Of a stretch of DNA of 64,000 nucleotides, positions 1 through 13,400 are shown piece by piece. The DNA is from Dimorphilus gyrociliatus (taxonomy: Eukaryota > Animalia > Annelida). Within the stretch, counting starts at the first letter, position 1, and each line of letters starts with the position of its first letter. The stretch covers positions 4,976,408-5,040,407 of the forward strand of contig CAJFCJ010000006.1 in NCBI GenBank assembly GCA_904063045.1, read 5' to 3'. A program made the translations under genes and the position numbers. The notes beneath the pieces were generated by a model. It searched no databases and was not told the origin of the DNA. It worked only from the letters and a program-made list of their open reading frames with translations.

Positions 1-2533
1 GTATTAAAGCACCGCACGTAGCAGCTGGCGATAATTTATCAATACCCTTTTTTGGTTGGCTCTTGAACGGTCTTGGCGGTTTCTATATACGGCGGAAACT
101 TGACCCAAAAAACGGAGTGAAAGATATAGTTTATCGATCAGTCTTACACGTTGTAAGTTGAGGATTATTTTAAGGATTTCATTATGATTTTAATAGCATA
201 AAAAAGTTTAACTCTATTGCTGTTTCTAAAATTTTAGTACATACAAGAACTTTTGAGACGAAATGAAAATTTTGAAATCTTCTTCGAAGGAGGAAGATCC
301 CGAAGTGGAAAGATTTGTTACCCAAAAGCGGGATTATTATCTGTCATTTTGGATTCTTTCCATGAAGGTTGAAACTTATTCGAATTATTCATTTCATGGT
401 GAATTAATATTGCTTTCAATATAATATCCAACAGGCGTATTTGCTGATGCTTTGATCGTTCCGGTATCGATAAATTATGACAAGATTTTGGATGGTAACT
501 TCAATAGAGAGCAAATGGTAATTGTTTTGGTTTGAAATTGTGAATTGGGCTGTAATGAAATTTTTTTTGTAGGGTAAAAGAAAAATAAGCGAGTCCTTCT
601 TTATAGCTGTGAAATCGATAATCTCTGTGTTTTGCATGCGATATGGAAATATTCGTCTAGACATAAGTCAACCGTTTTCGCTCAAGGTAATGATAAAGAT
701 ACTTATGTATGAACAATAAGTAAACTGTTTTTCTGAATGACAGGAGTTCGACGCTAATGCGCCTCGTAATTTAAGACGACGAGACGACAGTAGCGTTAGT
801 TTAAACAGTTCCTACAATAGATGCTCATCTCCCGCCGAATCGCCTGTCAGCGACTCTTCCTCGCCTGTATTTGAACGATCTCTTTCCTTTAAGAATCGGC
901 ATCGACAGAGCTCTGCTTCTCTTTATGGAACCGATATGGTAGTTCAAGAGCAGCAGGATCGTAACGAGGTACTAGCCCTTGCCGAGCACGTCACTTACTG
1001 TTAGTATGAATTTCCTTTTCTTATTTCCTTATTAACTAAAAACAACTTGTCTTTGAAATAAAAAATAGCTACCGTGGTTAGTCAATCCGCAATGAGTACA
1101 CAATTAGTGGCGTTTCTTCTTCTAGTCAAGTTTAGAAATGGAGTGTACTTTTCTGAACTTTGTCGAGTGTTTGAAAAGTTAAAGCTTGAAGTGAACAAAA
1201 GAGGAAGAGATGTAGGTTTTTCGGGGGAAACTAAAGACGTTGTATTATTTGCTTGTCGCCTATTGGGAGAAGAGCTTATGCAAGTGTCTAACAGTATCAA
1301 CAAGTAAGTTAATGAATTAAATATTAAAAAATTTAAAAAACAAACTTTTTCCATAATAGTAACGATATTAAAAATGTTGGAGATGCTGACTTTTTCATTA
1401 AACCAATTACAACTCTGCCAACTGTTTTTGAGTTGACCTATTACTCCAATCCCATTACATACATTTTTGCCCTGGAAAGTATTTTAGCTACAGTCATCTG
1501 GTCAAAAATACCTGCTGAGAAAAAGAATTCCGATGACGAATTGAATTTTGAATTGTCTGAAGATTCAATTATCGAAGAGGCGACTGATTTATGCAATTTG
1601 CTCAAATACGACTTCATTTTATGCCCCGTAAGATTCTCAATAGTTGTGTTTATTTATTTTTAAATAGCATTTGCACATTTGATATAACTCGTTTAGTTTA
1701 TAAATTTATATTTGTTTTTTTTTCTTTAGGCTATATTATTAAATTATTTTAATTTTTCAACTTTTAGGCATGTAAAGATGTTAGAGAGATGGTCGAATCA
1801 GCAGTGCAATCGTTTATCGAAAAGGGATTATTGCATACAATTGAAGAAGCGAAAAGTCAAAATCAAGATAAATTGTGGATGAATCGAGTAGCTAATGATT
1901 TGGGATTTGAAAGTTCAGGATCAGATGGCGACGATGTCGATTTCAAATGCAGGAAATACAAGGTATGTTTTAATAACAGATTTTATGCTAATTTTGCCTT
2001 ATAAATATTCAAGACTTAAATAATTGAAAGAGGTTTTCTATACTGTTTATTTTTTCTTATTTTCACTCTAGCTCATACTCGGTCGTGATAAGGTTAGTGA
2101 CCGACTTAAGTTTTTGAAGAAAGTACTCGAAAGTTACTTTGAGTGTTATACGAATGTTTCAAAAAATCTGGTTAAATTGCGAGAAGGTGATAAGCCAGGT
2201 AAGATAGTTTGTTAATTTATTTTAATTATACTGCTATAAGCAGTAAATAACAACGGATGTTTGAGTACATTACCATTAACCTTTTCAGAATTGGATTTTT
2301 TGAAAGAAGTACACGAATCGTTGAAAGATAGCGCAGTAAATGGTAAGCTGCGCTTTCCAGAGTGCGCTGCTCTTGACATTGTGAAAACATCTTTAAGAAG
2401 TTTTCATAACCGAAAGGTGATTGATTTGTATCTAGACGAAACGGTGCGTAAATGTGGCCTATCGAGAACTTATAGAAGAAAGGATCGTTTGGACAAGTTT
2501 GTCAAAAAATTGGAATCATATTCAAACCCATAA
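1..2533 (+). CDS. GPAM: Mitochondrial-type glycerol-3-phosphate acyltransferase 1, multi-exon, 5' end lies outside the window
   Basis: Spliced exons read IKAPHVAAGDNLSIPFFGWLLNGLGGFYIRRKLD, FEIFFEGGRSRSGK, DALIVPVSINYDKILDG, LDISQPFSLK and AMSTQLVAFLLL...DVGFSGETKDVV. These match the GPAT1 acyltransferase blocks II-IV and the C-terminal region. Stop TAA at 2531-2533. Confidence 0.93.
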
Positions 2534-2931
2534 GAACAAAAGTGAAGATAAAAAAAGAGAGAAGAAACAAAAATTTTCACTTCATGAATTGTGCGTTAAC
2601 GTTATAGTTGTTTTTTTTGTTCTATTTATATCGTTTTCCTTTTTGTTATATGTGTATATACATATAAAGGGAAATTTTTAAACTATATTTCCCCTACTAA
2701 AAGTCAGATTGAACTATTTGACAGATTTGTTTGATTTTTCCTTTCCATTTTTTCTTTTAATAATGACTAGAAAATAGTTAAAAGGAAAATATTTGAAAAA
2801 AAGGTAATTGACAAAAAAGGAAAATTCATAAAAAAACAAAATAAACTAGAAGAAAAACCGATTATGACCAAGTTGCGAATGCAGCGCGCGAAAAAACAGT
2901 AGCGGTTATCCAGTATCGTATCAGAAGCGGA

Positions 2932-5142
2932 ATGGAAAGATCCCTTTTGAGAAGATGTCCTAATTGCGGTATTAGCGTTAAAGACGATAAAAATGACGGT
3001 AAAAATGAAGAAGAAAAGGAGCTTAGTGGCTTACCAAAGGATTTTTATGATTTTGCATCCAAATCAACTTTACACGGTCTGCGAAACGTTTCCGATGGTT
3101 CTCGTAACCAATTACGAAGGTATCATAACTTCTATTAATCCCTCTTGACAAATATAAAAGAGAACATCTTTGCTTAAAATTTGTGGCCAATCTCTTATAA
3201 ACAGGGTTATATGGTTTGCCATAGTCGTTGCTGGTTTAACACTTCTACTTTATTCGTTAATCAGTCAAATAGTACTATATTTTCGTTACGAAGTCACGAC
3301 TTCTATTAATGTTAAGGAAATGAGCGAAATGCTTTTACCGGCTGTGACCGTTTGTAATTATAACCAATTTCGTCGATCCATCGCTTTAAAGGTACTAAGA
3401 CGTTACGTTAATTATTCTGATATTGTCACCAGCTTCCCCCTTTTATTTCCCTAGTTCATTTAGAGAAAAGAAACTATACGAATTCAATATCGTATTCGCT
3501 TTCTATCCATTTTGATAATATTTCCTTTTCTAAAAGGGAATTATTATCGCGCACTTTTTGTAAATATTGATTATTTCTGACTAATCAGTTTGTCCACTGC
3601 ACGATTCCCATGGTTGTTTGCATTACATCAATCCTACTTACTTATTACCATAGAAATGAGGAATATTGTATTTTTTTTCTCTCCCTCTAGGATGAAGAGT
3701 TAGCGAAAGACTTAAAAATTCTTTTTCCAGTTTTCTTACAGTCTTTTAAACCGTATAGCAGACGCAATAAACGGCGTTTAAACAATAAAAAGGTAGCTTA
3801 TACAGTAAATAATTGTATGTTACCCCTCTCTTTTTAAGTCTCTTCTCCAAATTCTATTGGTTATTGTTGTCTTTTTTTTATAAGTATTAATGATGAGATT
3901 CTATTTAACACTATCAGCAGGTTTTACAAGCTCTTCAAGAGCTGACTCACCAAGCTGAACAAATGATACTTTCCTGCTCTTTTAATAACATATTAATTGA
4001 AGATTGCCACAGTATGTTCGTACCTATGATAACGGATGCTGGAATTTGTTATACGGCTTCATATAATACTTCTTTTAAAGCCAGAGAACTTAGTACTGAC
4101 AATAACCTAGTTATACGTTTAAACGTGGAAAATGAAGAATATTATTATGGGGAAAGTTCAACGGCTGGTTTCCGTATATTGATTCACAATCGAATGGATG
4201 AAGAGCCTTTACTTATAGTACGACGAGCTTTTTCAGTAGCTCCTGGTACTACAACATTTGCCTCGGTTCACTTGAATAAAGTAAGAAAATCAAAATATAC
4301 CGTAAATACAATCTCCCCCTTTCCTTGCCTTATCTTCAACAAGAGATCTCTAATGTTTTCTTTACTTTTCACAATATCCAATCGTCTAGAATATCAGAAT
4401 GGCTCCACCTTATGGCAAATGCAGACCTGAAAATTCGTTATCTCTCCGATTAGCTTATTATAAAAATTATTCCCTCGAACTATGCAAGCACGAAGCCCGG
4501 GCTAACTTTACGGTAGAAACCTGCAGGTGCCGTTGGTACAACGATCCTGGTACTTTTATAATATGTCAAAGTCTAGATGAACTTTTATGCGCCAGACAAG
4601 CTAGAGGTAAGGGAAAAACAGCGGAGAGGAGCATATCTTTTACTTTTTTTAGATTAACATAAAAGAGAATGAATATATCCTTTCCACACATGGGTGTAGT
4701 GTAAATAGATAAAATATATTTGCATAAAAAAAACAGAAAAATTCTCATCACTACCAAACGTCTGTAAATTGGCTTGTATCTCTGAATATTACGACGTAAA
4801 AACATCTATAGCCCTATTCCCTGGCCAGCATATAATTAATGATTTACAGGTTAAATATAACGTCAGTGAGGATTATATAAGGTATGGTTAATTGTTATTT
4901 TTTATATAATCTTTAATATGGCTACTATTATTATTTTATACAGTAAAAACTTTGCCGAAGTTCGAATTCAATACGATGATTTAGCTATGACTGTTATTGA
5001 ACAGAAGGCTGTCTATGGTTTTACAACTTTATTTGCAGATCTTGGCGGTCAAATGGGTATATGTTTAGGAGCTAGTTTATTAAGTATAGTGGAAATTATC
5101 GACTTTATAGTAACCGCTTTCTTACGGAGAATAAACAACTGA
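2932..5142 (+). CDS. DEG/ENaC (ASIC/FaNaC superfamily) amiloride-sensitive sodium channel subunit, 7 exons
   Basis: N-terminal FASKSTLHG (HG motif), TM1, PAVTVCNYN, TDAGICYT, a Cys-rich thumb, and TM2 LFADLGGQMGICLGAS with the GAS filter. Exons approx. 2932-3119, 3205-3391, 3691-3792, 3921-4280, 4390-4606, 4737-4881 and 4944-5142 join in frame at GT-AG sites. Confidence 0.93.
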
Positions 5143-5221
5143 TTCTAAAAAGAAAGTTTATAAAAGCTACGTTTTTAAAAAACGAACACATTATGTATGT
5201 TGTAGAAAAAATATGAGATTC

Positions 5222-6483
<1,262 letters not shown>

Positions 6484-9275
6484 TATGACAAATCTAACTT
6501 TATGTCACACTACTAACTGCATTTCCTGTTGAGTTCTATCATAGTATTCGCGCCAATTTTGACCTATAAAGACGTCTCATAAAGGAAACATCGCTCGTTT
6601 TAACCTAAAATTTTTTAGACTAACAATTTGAGTGCATTCAACATTGACAAATAGGCTTACATCACAATCGTTTTCCATATATATATACTTTATATATATA
6701 TGTATTTGACGTACACAAAAGAAGGATAAAACAAACCCAATATTTTCCAGCGATTGGCGTTATTATTCGTTTCATATCTCTTTCGCGGGAAATTACAGTA
6801 GGATTGTTTATTTACATACAATAAATTATAATAAGAGCTTTTCTGTGCAACTAATTTCCGTATTAGTTTGTCAACAATATACATAGATATGTATATAGCC
6901 TTTCTATTCGATAATTCTTGACCGAGAATAAACTAAATACATAAAATACATATATACGCAATAGTTTGCGCACGAAAATGTAAGAAAGGAAATGTAAAAG
7001 GAAGTTGGACATTCCCGTTAAAGGACGTATTTATACTTTATTTATAAGAGTGTTAGTTTTTCCTTTTTTTTCCTTTGCTTTTTGAATATTTACTAAAAGT
7101 ATGACGTAATAGTAACAGAAAGAGAGGCAGAGCATCACCGATTGAGGAACAACACTAATTATATTTCTATATTTCTTTATGTTTTTTACTAGATTAATAG
7201 CTAGACTGTTTGACTACGAAATCAATGACGTTTACCTGAATTAATTGCCTTTCTCTTTACAAACAAATCGACGATGTAATTACTTCTATACGTATATAGA
7301 GTATATATATATATATATATATACATATCTTTGCATATAGGCTTTTATTTTATAAGTTTGTATTAATTTACACGTATGTATAATCTCTCACTTTCTCTGT
7401 CAGGCCATTGTGTGCACCTTGTAAGTCTACTTTTCTTCCTCACATAACAGGCCTTGGCCTTAGAAACTCTTATAGGAATTCAGAATTATTTCTTTAGGCA
7501 TTAGCTTATGTTAAACTAGCTCTTCTATTTTAAAATGATAATAGCATCGCCTTGTTTCATTGTTCTAGTAATAAGAACGATAATTTTATTGAGAAATGAA
7601 AAGAAAAACTGGAATAATTTCAATGAGAGTAAGAAACAAAAATGACATACATATATGAGGATGATGATTTAGGTAACGCCCATTTAATCATTAATATATA
7701 CTTTTTTATGTATATCTTTATATAAATCAGTATATATATATTATGAATAATTGTAAGCTAAATATTAATTAGAAAAAGATGTTGTAATGAAATTATTAAA
7801 TTAAATATTCATTAGATAAGTTTAATAATTAATAAGAAGTTTCTTTGTATCTATTAATACTTCATATATAATTTCATTTCCTTGTTGAGAGTAATGAACT
7901 AGAAAATTAGATAATAAAATAAGAAAATAACAAAAAGTTTGCATGAACTGCAAAAGAATGTCTAATTAAGATATTGTCAACTTAATGAAAATTATTAGAG
8001 AAGAATGTTATTATTATTTTGATATTATGAATATAATAGTACGTCTTTTTTGTATATTATAGTATAAATTTTATTTGAAGATGTGTACAAAGAAAGCTAG
8101 ATCAACTATACAAAGATACTTGAAATTGCACAATTTATTGGACAATCTGCCACAAAGAATTGGCTGAAAATATACAAATACATTGCTGTTAGAATAACGT
8201 AGTTTCTCTATATTAATTAATTAACAATGAAAAAAAAATCTTTCATATACTGATAATAAAAAATGTAACACCCCTTCCAATGAGTGTATAAATGTGTTTA
8301 TGTACAGTATATATATATGTATCTGTGTCAGAGGTTGTGCCTTTAGAATACAAAAGCAAACATTTTTCATATAGTAAAACAGGTTAGTACTGAAGAGAGA
8401 GTTAGCTATGTGACGTTACGAATATAAGTTGTTGATTACAGTAACAAAAAGCCATGTAAAAAAGCAAAAATGAGATAAAAGTATACGTGAGAATTAGTTT
8501 GTATTGAATTTTGCCGAAATCGGTCTCTTGATATTTAGTATGTTTAGTAAGGCTACGGTTGAACTAATATTTTTTCAAGGTCACTATTTACTTTATTCTT
8601 ATGTATAGCCTAACAATCAAGTTTTGAAACTGTACTTCAAGAGCATTTCGAGAATGATAGTCTCCACTTGCAATAGATAATTTTATCATACTAAAGTAGA
8701 AGGAATATATACTTTCCTTAATACTTAATATAGATTGTACGACAGTTAAATTAGGTCACTCCCTCATACTCTACATATCTAGAAATAAGACAAAATTTGT
8801 GTTTTTCTTTTTAAACCTCTTAAGAAAAGATCCTTAAGCTCTACAAATTTCTTTTTTATTGCCGAGTGTTGTTCTAAACATGACCTTCTTTAAAAATGCC
8901 ATTCGACACGTTATATTAAACTTATAAGACAAAATAGACCTAAAATAGAAAGAAAAGAATGTGAAGACAGAACTATACATTATATAGGTCTAGTAGATCT
9001 AGATAACTAAACAGCAAAAGAACAAAGAATGAATGACATAGATAAATAATAAAAATTCAAAAAAATACAGTAATTATTAATAACAACAATAGACTAAACT
9101 GTACATTCATAATCTTTATACAGTATAATATACAGTATGTAATATAATATATAAAGTATGTATGCTAAGAGGAAAAATATCAACGCACTCTTTCTATTTA
9201 AACGAATTGTCAAATGCGCTTGTCTATTTCAGACTATGCCTTTAATTCAATAACATCCATTTTGGGCGTTTCACA

Positions 9276-9848
9276 CTAACTATTGCAGATCACCTGCAAA
9301 CAAACCGATTTATCATCAGTACAATTTTTCATCAAGGCATCAATTTGAAGTACTTTATCGGATGTTAATTTAGCTATAACTCTTTTGTAATCGATAGTTG
9401 TATTCTCAATGTTATACTTGAAATCATTTACTCCATCAATCTTAAAATTATTCACTACTATCTTTAATTTATTTCCAGCAGTGTTTGTACGAACGACTAC
9501 GTTACCAGCTTCCATACAACTTTTGTCGAATTTCAGACGAATATGTATATAACCGCATTTGCAATCAGTGTTAACATCGCTCAAAGTTAAGAGATCGTTA
9601 ATTACTAATTGATTAAAGACGTATTGTTTGCAGGAAGCCATTGTGGTTGGTAAAGAGGTGGTTGATGCTTTCTTATCTTGTTGGCAGTGTTTCTTCTTTC
9701 CCTTCTTGACAACAGATTTTCCAGTACTCTCCTCAAGGTTTAATTGCTCCAGCAGACAGGTATTCGAGTTAGCTTCTGTTGTATTCTTGTCGATGTATTG
9801 AACTTGTACCTGAACTTGAAATTTTACCTTTGAATTCGGTGAATGCAT
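9276..9848 (-). CDS. Divergent small heat-shock / alpha-crystallin-domain-like protein, single coding exon, 190 aa
   Basis: The C-terminal half has an ACD-like strand pattern: IHIRLKFD, NVVVRT, KLKIVV, and DYKRVIAKLTSDKVLQIDA resembling 'v.s.Ls.dGvL.I.a'. The 573-bp ATG-initiated ORF stands out in AT-rich DNA. Confidence 0.6.
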   Translation of the reverse strand: MHSPNSKVKFQVQVQVQYIDKNTTEANSNTCLLEQLNLEESTGKSVVKKGKKKHCQQDKKASTTSLPTTMASCKQYVFNQLVINDLLTLSDVNTDCKCGYIHIRLKFDKSCMEAGNVVVRTNTAGNKLKIVVNNFKIDGVNDFKYNIENTTIDYKRVIAKLTSDKVLQIDALMKNCTDDKSVCLQVICNS

Positions 9849-10172
9849 GATGCAAACTAAAAGGATAATAATATATTCCCATTAATCTTCCACTATTACA
9901 GTAAAATAATCAAAAGAGATTACAAGTTCATCTTTTAATCCTTTATTACCTTAACAATCCCCTTTTCTATTAATCAGGTGCGCATAGGCTATTTGTAAGA
10001 ACTTCTAGTAGGAAAATAGCGAAACAACAGCAGCTGCAAAATACACGGGCGCCTCTAGAAACGGGACTAAAGAATGGAAAAAAATGAGGAAAGTGTAAGA
10101 GGTGTATACGCATATACTTGTTTAGAGGCAAAGAGGGAGTCCGAGATAAATAGATTATTAGAGAGTACGAAT

Positions 10173-10198
10173 GAGAGAGAGAGAGAGAGAGAGAGAGA
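10173..10198. repeat. (GA)n microsatellite
   Basis: Direct inspection of the sequence. Confidence 0.95.
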
Positions 10199-10469
10199 AT
10201 AAGCAAGGGGTTGGAAAAAGCAAGAAAGAAAGAATGTACGTACGCCTATACAGTACGTAAGGTTGTGAAGGGGAAAGTGTGCGTGTGTGATAGATAGATG
10301 GATAGATAGAAGGATAAATAGATATATAGATGTGTTAGAACTAGAATTTGGATTGTTTACGCCTCTTCTCACTCATTTTAAATGAATCAGTAAGGAGCAG
10401 AAATGGCTCTTTTTCTACCAAATAAATTTGTATTATAATCTCACGCTACAAACACAAAGAAAAATTGTC

Positions 10470-13400
10470 TTATTTATCGGTTCCACCACCTGATTTCTTC
10501 TTAAGGAAGGAGATTTCCGGTAGACGCTTTAGGTTTGATAGTATACTTTTGGCTTTATATTTTTTCTTTTGTTTATTCGTTTTCGCCTCATCTGCGGCAG
10601 CTGCCATTTTCATAACTTGCTCATCTACTCTTTCTATTTTGTCAACTATGGTTGTTAGGAATCGTTTAAGGGTTGCTGTTTCGGTTTCTAATCGTCTGAC
10701 GGCGATTAACATCTGGTTCTGTTCGGTTTCCGATTCGGCACTACGTAATTGTTTCTTAGGAACACTCAGTAGCCACCTGTTGACCTGTTTGTCAAACTTG
10801 AGCTGCTTGCCTCTCCTCAATTTACCAAAAATGTAGGGTAAGCATGGTAAAGAGGCTTCCAATTTGAGAGCCATTCTTATACTGCCAACTCGCCAAGTGG
10901 TTCCTTCTTTACCCTTGACAGCTGCATATGAATCGTTCATCATTGCTATTAAGAGATTTAGTAGGATAATTGTAGATAAAGTAATATATAGCACATAAAC
11001 GACTTTGACATATACATCATGGTCTCCATCTTCAAAAATACTACTCATACCAATCATCATATTGAAAGCGTTGAAGATCGTTTCTGCTGGATTAATATCG
11101 CCTGATCCCCCACCCCTTTGAAATAGAGCGTGAAGAGCGAAAGAAAAACCAACAAGAACAAATGAATAAAGTAGCAAAAAGCGTACGCAATCCCTAATTA
11201 TGATGTGACGAAGCATGATAGAAAAAGCGTGGACATTTTCAAAGCCTTTTGTAAAGTTGATTGTAAATAGCCAGCCAGTAACAAGAGCAACAGCCAAAAA
11301 GTAACAAGCAGTTTCTCCTTTTCCACCCCAGCAGAGGAATAAGAATAGACAGTCGGTGGCGATGAATAACACACAAGAAAACTGTGCAATATTCCCAACA
11401 CACCAACTAACAAATGATTGTCCTGGCTCTCTAAGCTTTCTCTTCCGTCGGCATCTTCGTAGCATTTGGACGAACAGATAATATGCTAGAAAGGTCAATA
11501 TGAGACCTGGCCATATCAGCAACAAAATATAGGGAAAGAAAGCTATCTTCTCTAATTTTGCCTTTTGAACCATGCCAAAGCAAAATCCAGAAAGCACAGA
11601 CATATAAACTATATGCAAGAACATAAGCACAACGTATAACCATTGATATTCACTCCAATAGTTCTGAACCAACTGTTTCATTGGTTGAATATCCAATAGA
11701 GAATTGGCCTTCGAGACACATTCCAGTTTTACTATAAGATTTAATGCTGATGTTGAAGATGGTTTTGATGTTTCTTCCTCTAAAAGAGGGATTTTACTCT
11801 CCTCTTCTGTTTTACGTTTCATCGTCTCAACCGATCTAGATACTCTAGTATATCCTGTTAGATTTGTGACGTCATACTTTAATAAAGAAGCATCACCATC
11901 GTCAAAGCAAAATACATCGGGTATTTTAAAGATTCTCTCCATTATTCTTTTGGCACCTGTGCTGGCTGCAAGGCCTATTACAGTAAATCCCAACTTATTG
12001 GCGTCCATATCCAATAAGTAAAGGCATGCTTGGCGCTTAAAAGCAAAGTACGATTCAGTATCTTGTTCTGGAATAGCGCAGGATTGCCTGTTAGACCACC
12101 ACCTGACTGCATTATCTATAACAGTGTCAAAAGTCTCTAGGCAATTACTTAATTTAGTTTCGTCCTCTTCAACAGACGCCTCAATTTCTAGTAAGACTAG
12201 CCTATGTAATACCGATTCTCCTTGTTTGTCTTTCAGAGTTAAACTTGCTCCGGCCTGTATTAACAGGGCTACGTGACCAAGATTACCAGTTTTAGCGACA
12301 ATATGCAGAAGACTTTCACCAGCTGCATTCTGTTTATCAAGCTCTAAAGTTTTACCAGATTCAGCAAAAACGGCTAGCATTGTTTCCAACAATTGTGGCC
12401 TTCGATGACGAGCTGCCATGTGAAAAGGTGTATCTCCATCCGCATTTTCAGCAGTAGGCGTTAAAGGATTCTGTTATATGAAATTTATTGAAAAAGTTGA
12501 TTTTGTGTTTGTTTATTGATCGTATTAAAGCACTTACCAACTCTTCTAGGATTTCCACGCGGCCTTCACGAACGGCTGTATGAAGGGCTGTATCACCTTT
12601 ATTGTTTTGCGAATCAGCTAATGCAGAACTATACGTTTTAACCGTTACAGCAACCATATAGTCAATGAGTTCTTCGGAAACCAAGGGTGATTTAACGGCA
12701 ACGTGTAGGGCACTCTCCCCCAGTTTGTTCTTTTTAGACATTTTACACTTTCTCATTAGAATTTTTACGCTTTCTTCATTACCTAATTTTGCGGCAACGT
12801 GTAAAGGAGTTTCCCCATTAAAATTCTGTTTATTTGCAAGAGATTCATCGATTTCCAGAACATTTTGAATGAAAGCCGCTTGATCAGCTCTGGCTGCCGA
12901 ATGGAGAAGACAATTTCCGTTTTCATCTAGAACGTGCAGTGAAGCTCCGTTTTCCATCAGGCATTTGATCTTTTCAATTTTTCCACACATAGCAGCAATA
13001 TGTAGGGGAGTTTTAACGCCATCTCTTAAAACTAGCTTTCCAGATTGATCTCTATAGAAATGAATAAGCAATTTTAAAAGATTATCATCTACTGGTTTCA
13101 TTGCATGATGCCAAGGTGTGATTCCCTCTTTATTTTCAATATCTATGAGCGCCTTGTTTCTCAGTAGAACAGCTGTAGTTCGAGTTCTGTTTGCCTCTAC
13201 TGCAACCATTAGAGCCGTCTCTCCCAAATCATTAACCGCATCAACATCGGCTCCATGCTCTAATAAAGCTTCGACGACATTCGAATAACCCCTGGCTGCT
13301 GCATAATGAATTGCAGTCTCTTTACCTCTTATACGTGTATTAACGGATGCACCGTGTTTCAACAGGTCCCGAACTGTAGGCTCATCCCCTAAGGCTGATG

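Noticed and set aside
6500-9200. Hidden gene in the TYMS-sHSP interval (micro-exon-like 7403-7419 and several 28-36 aa ORFs)
   Set aside because: The pieces do not assemble into a coherent phase-compatible ORF and show no recognisable motif.
9970-10372. ORFs rich in LSLSLS or ERERER here and at 15458-15640, 16455-16929, 28943-29188, 29687-29887 and 30744-30992
   Set aside because: These are translations of (CT)n/(GA)n microsatellites, not genes.
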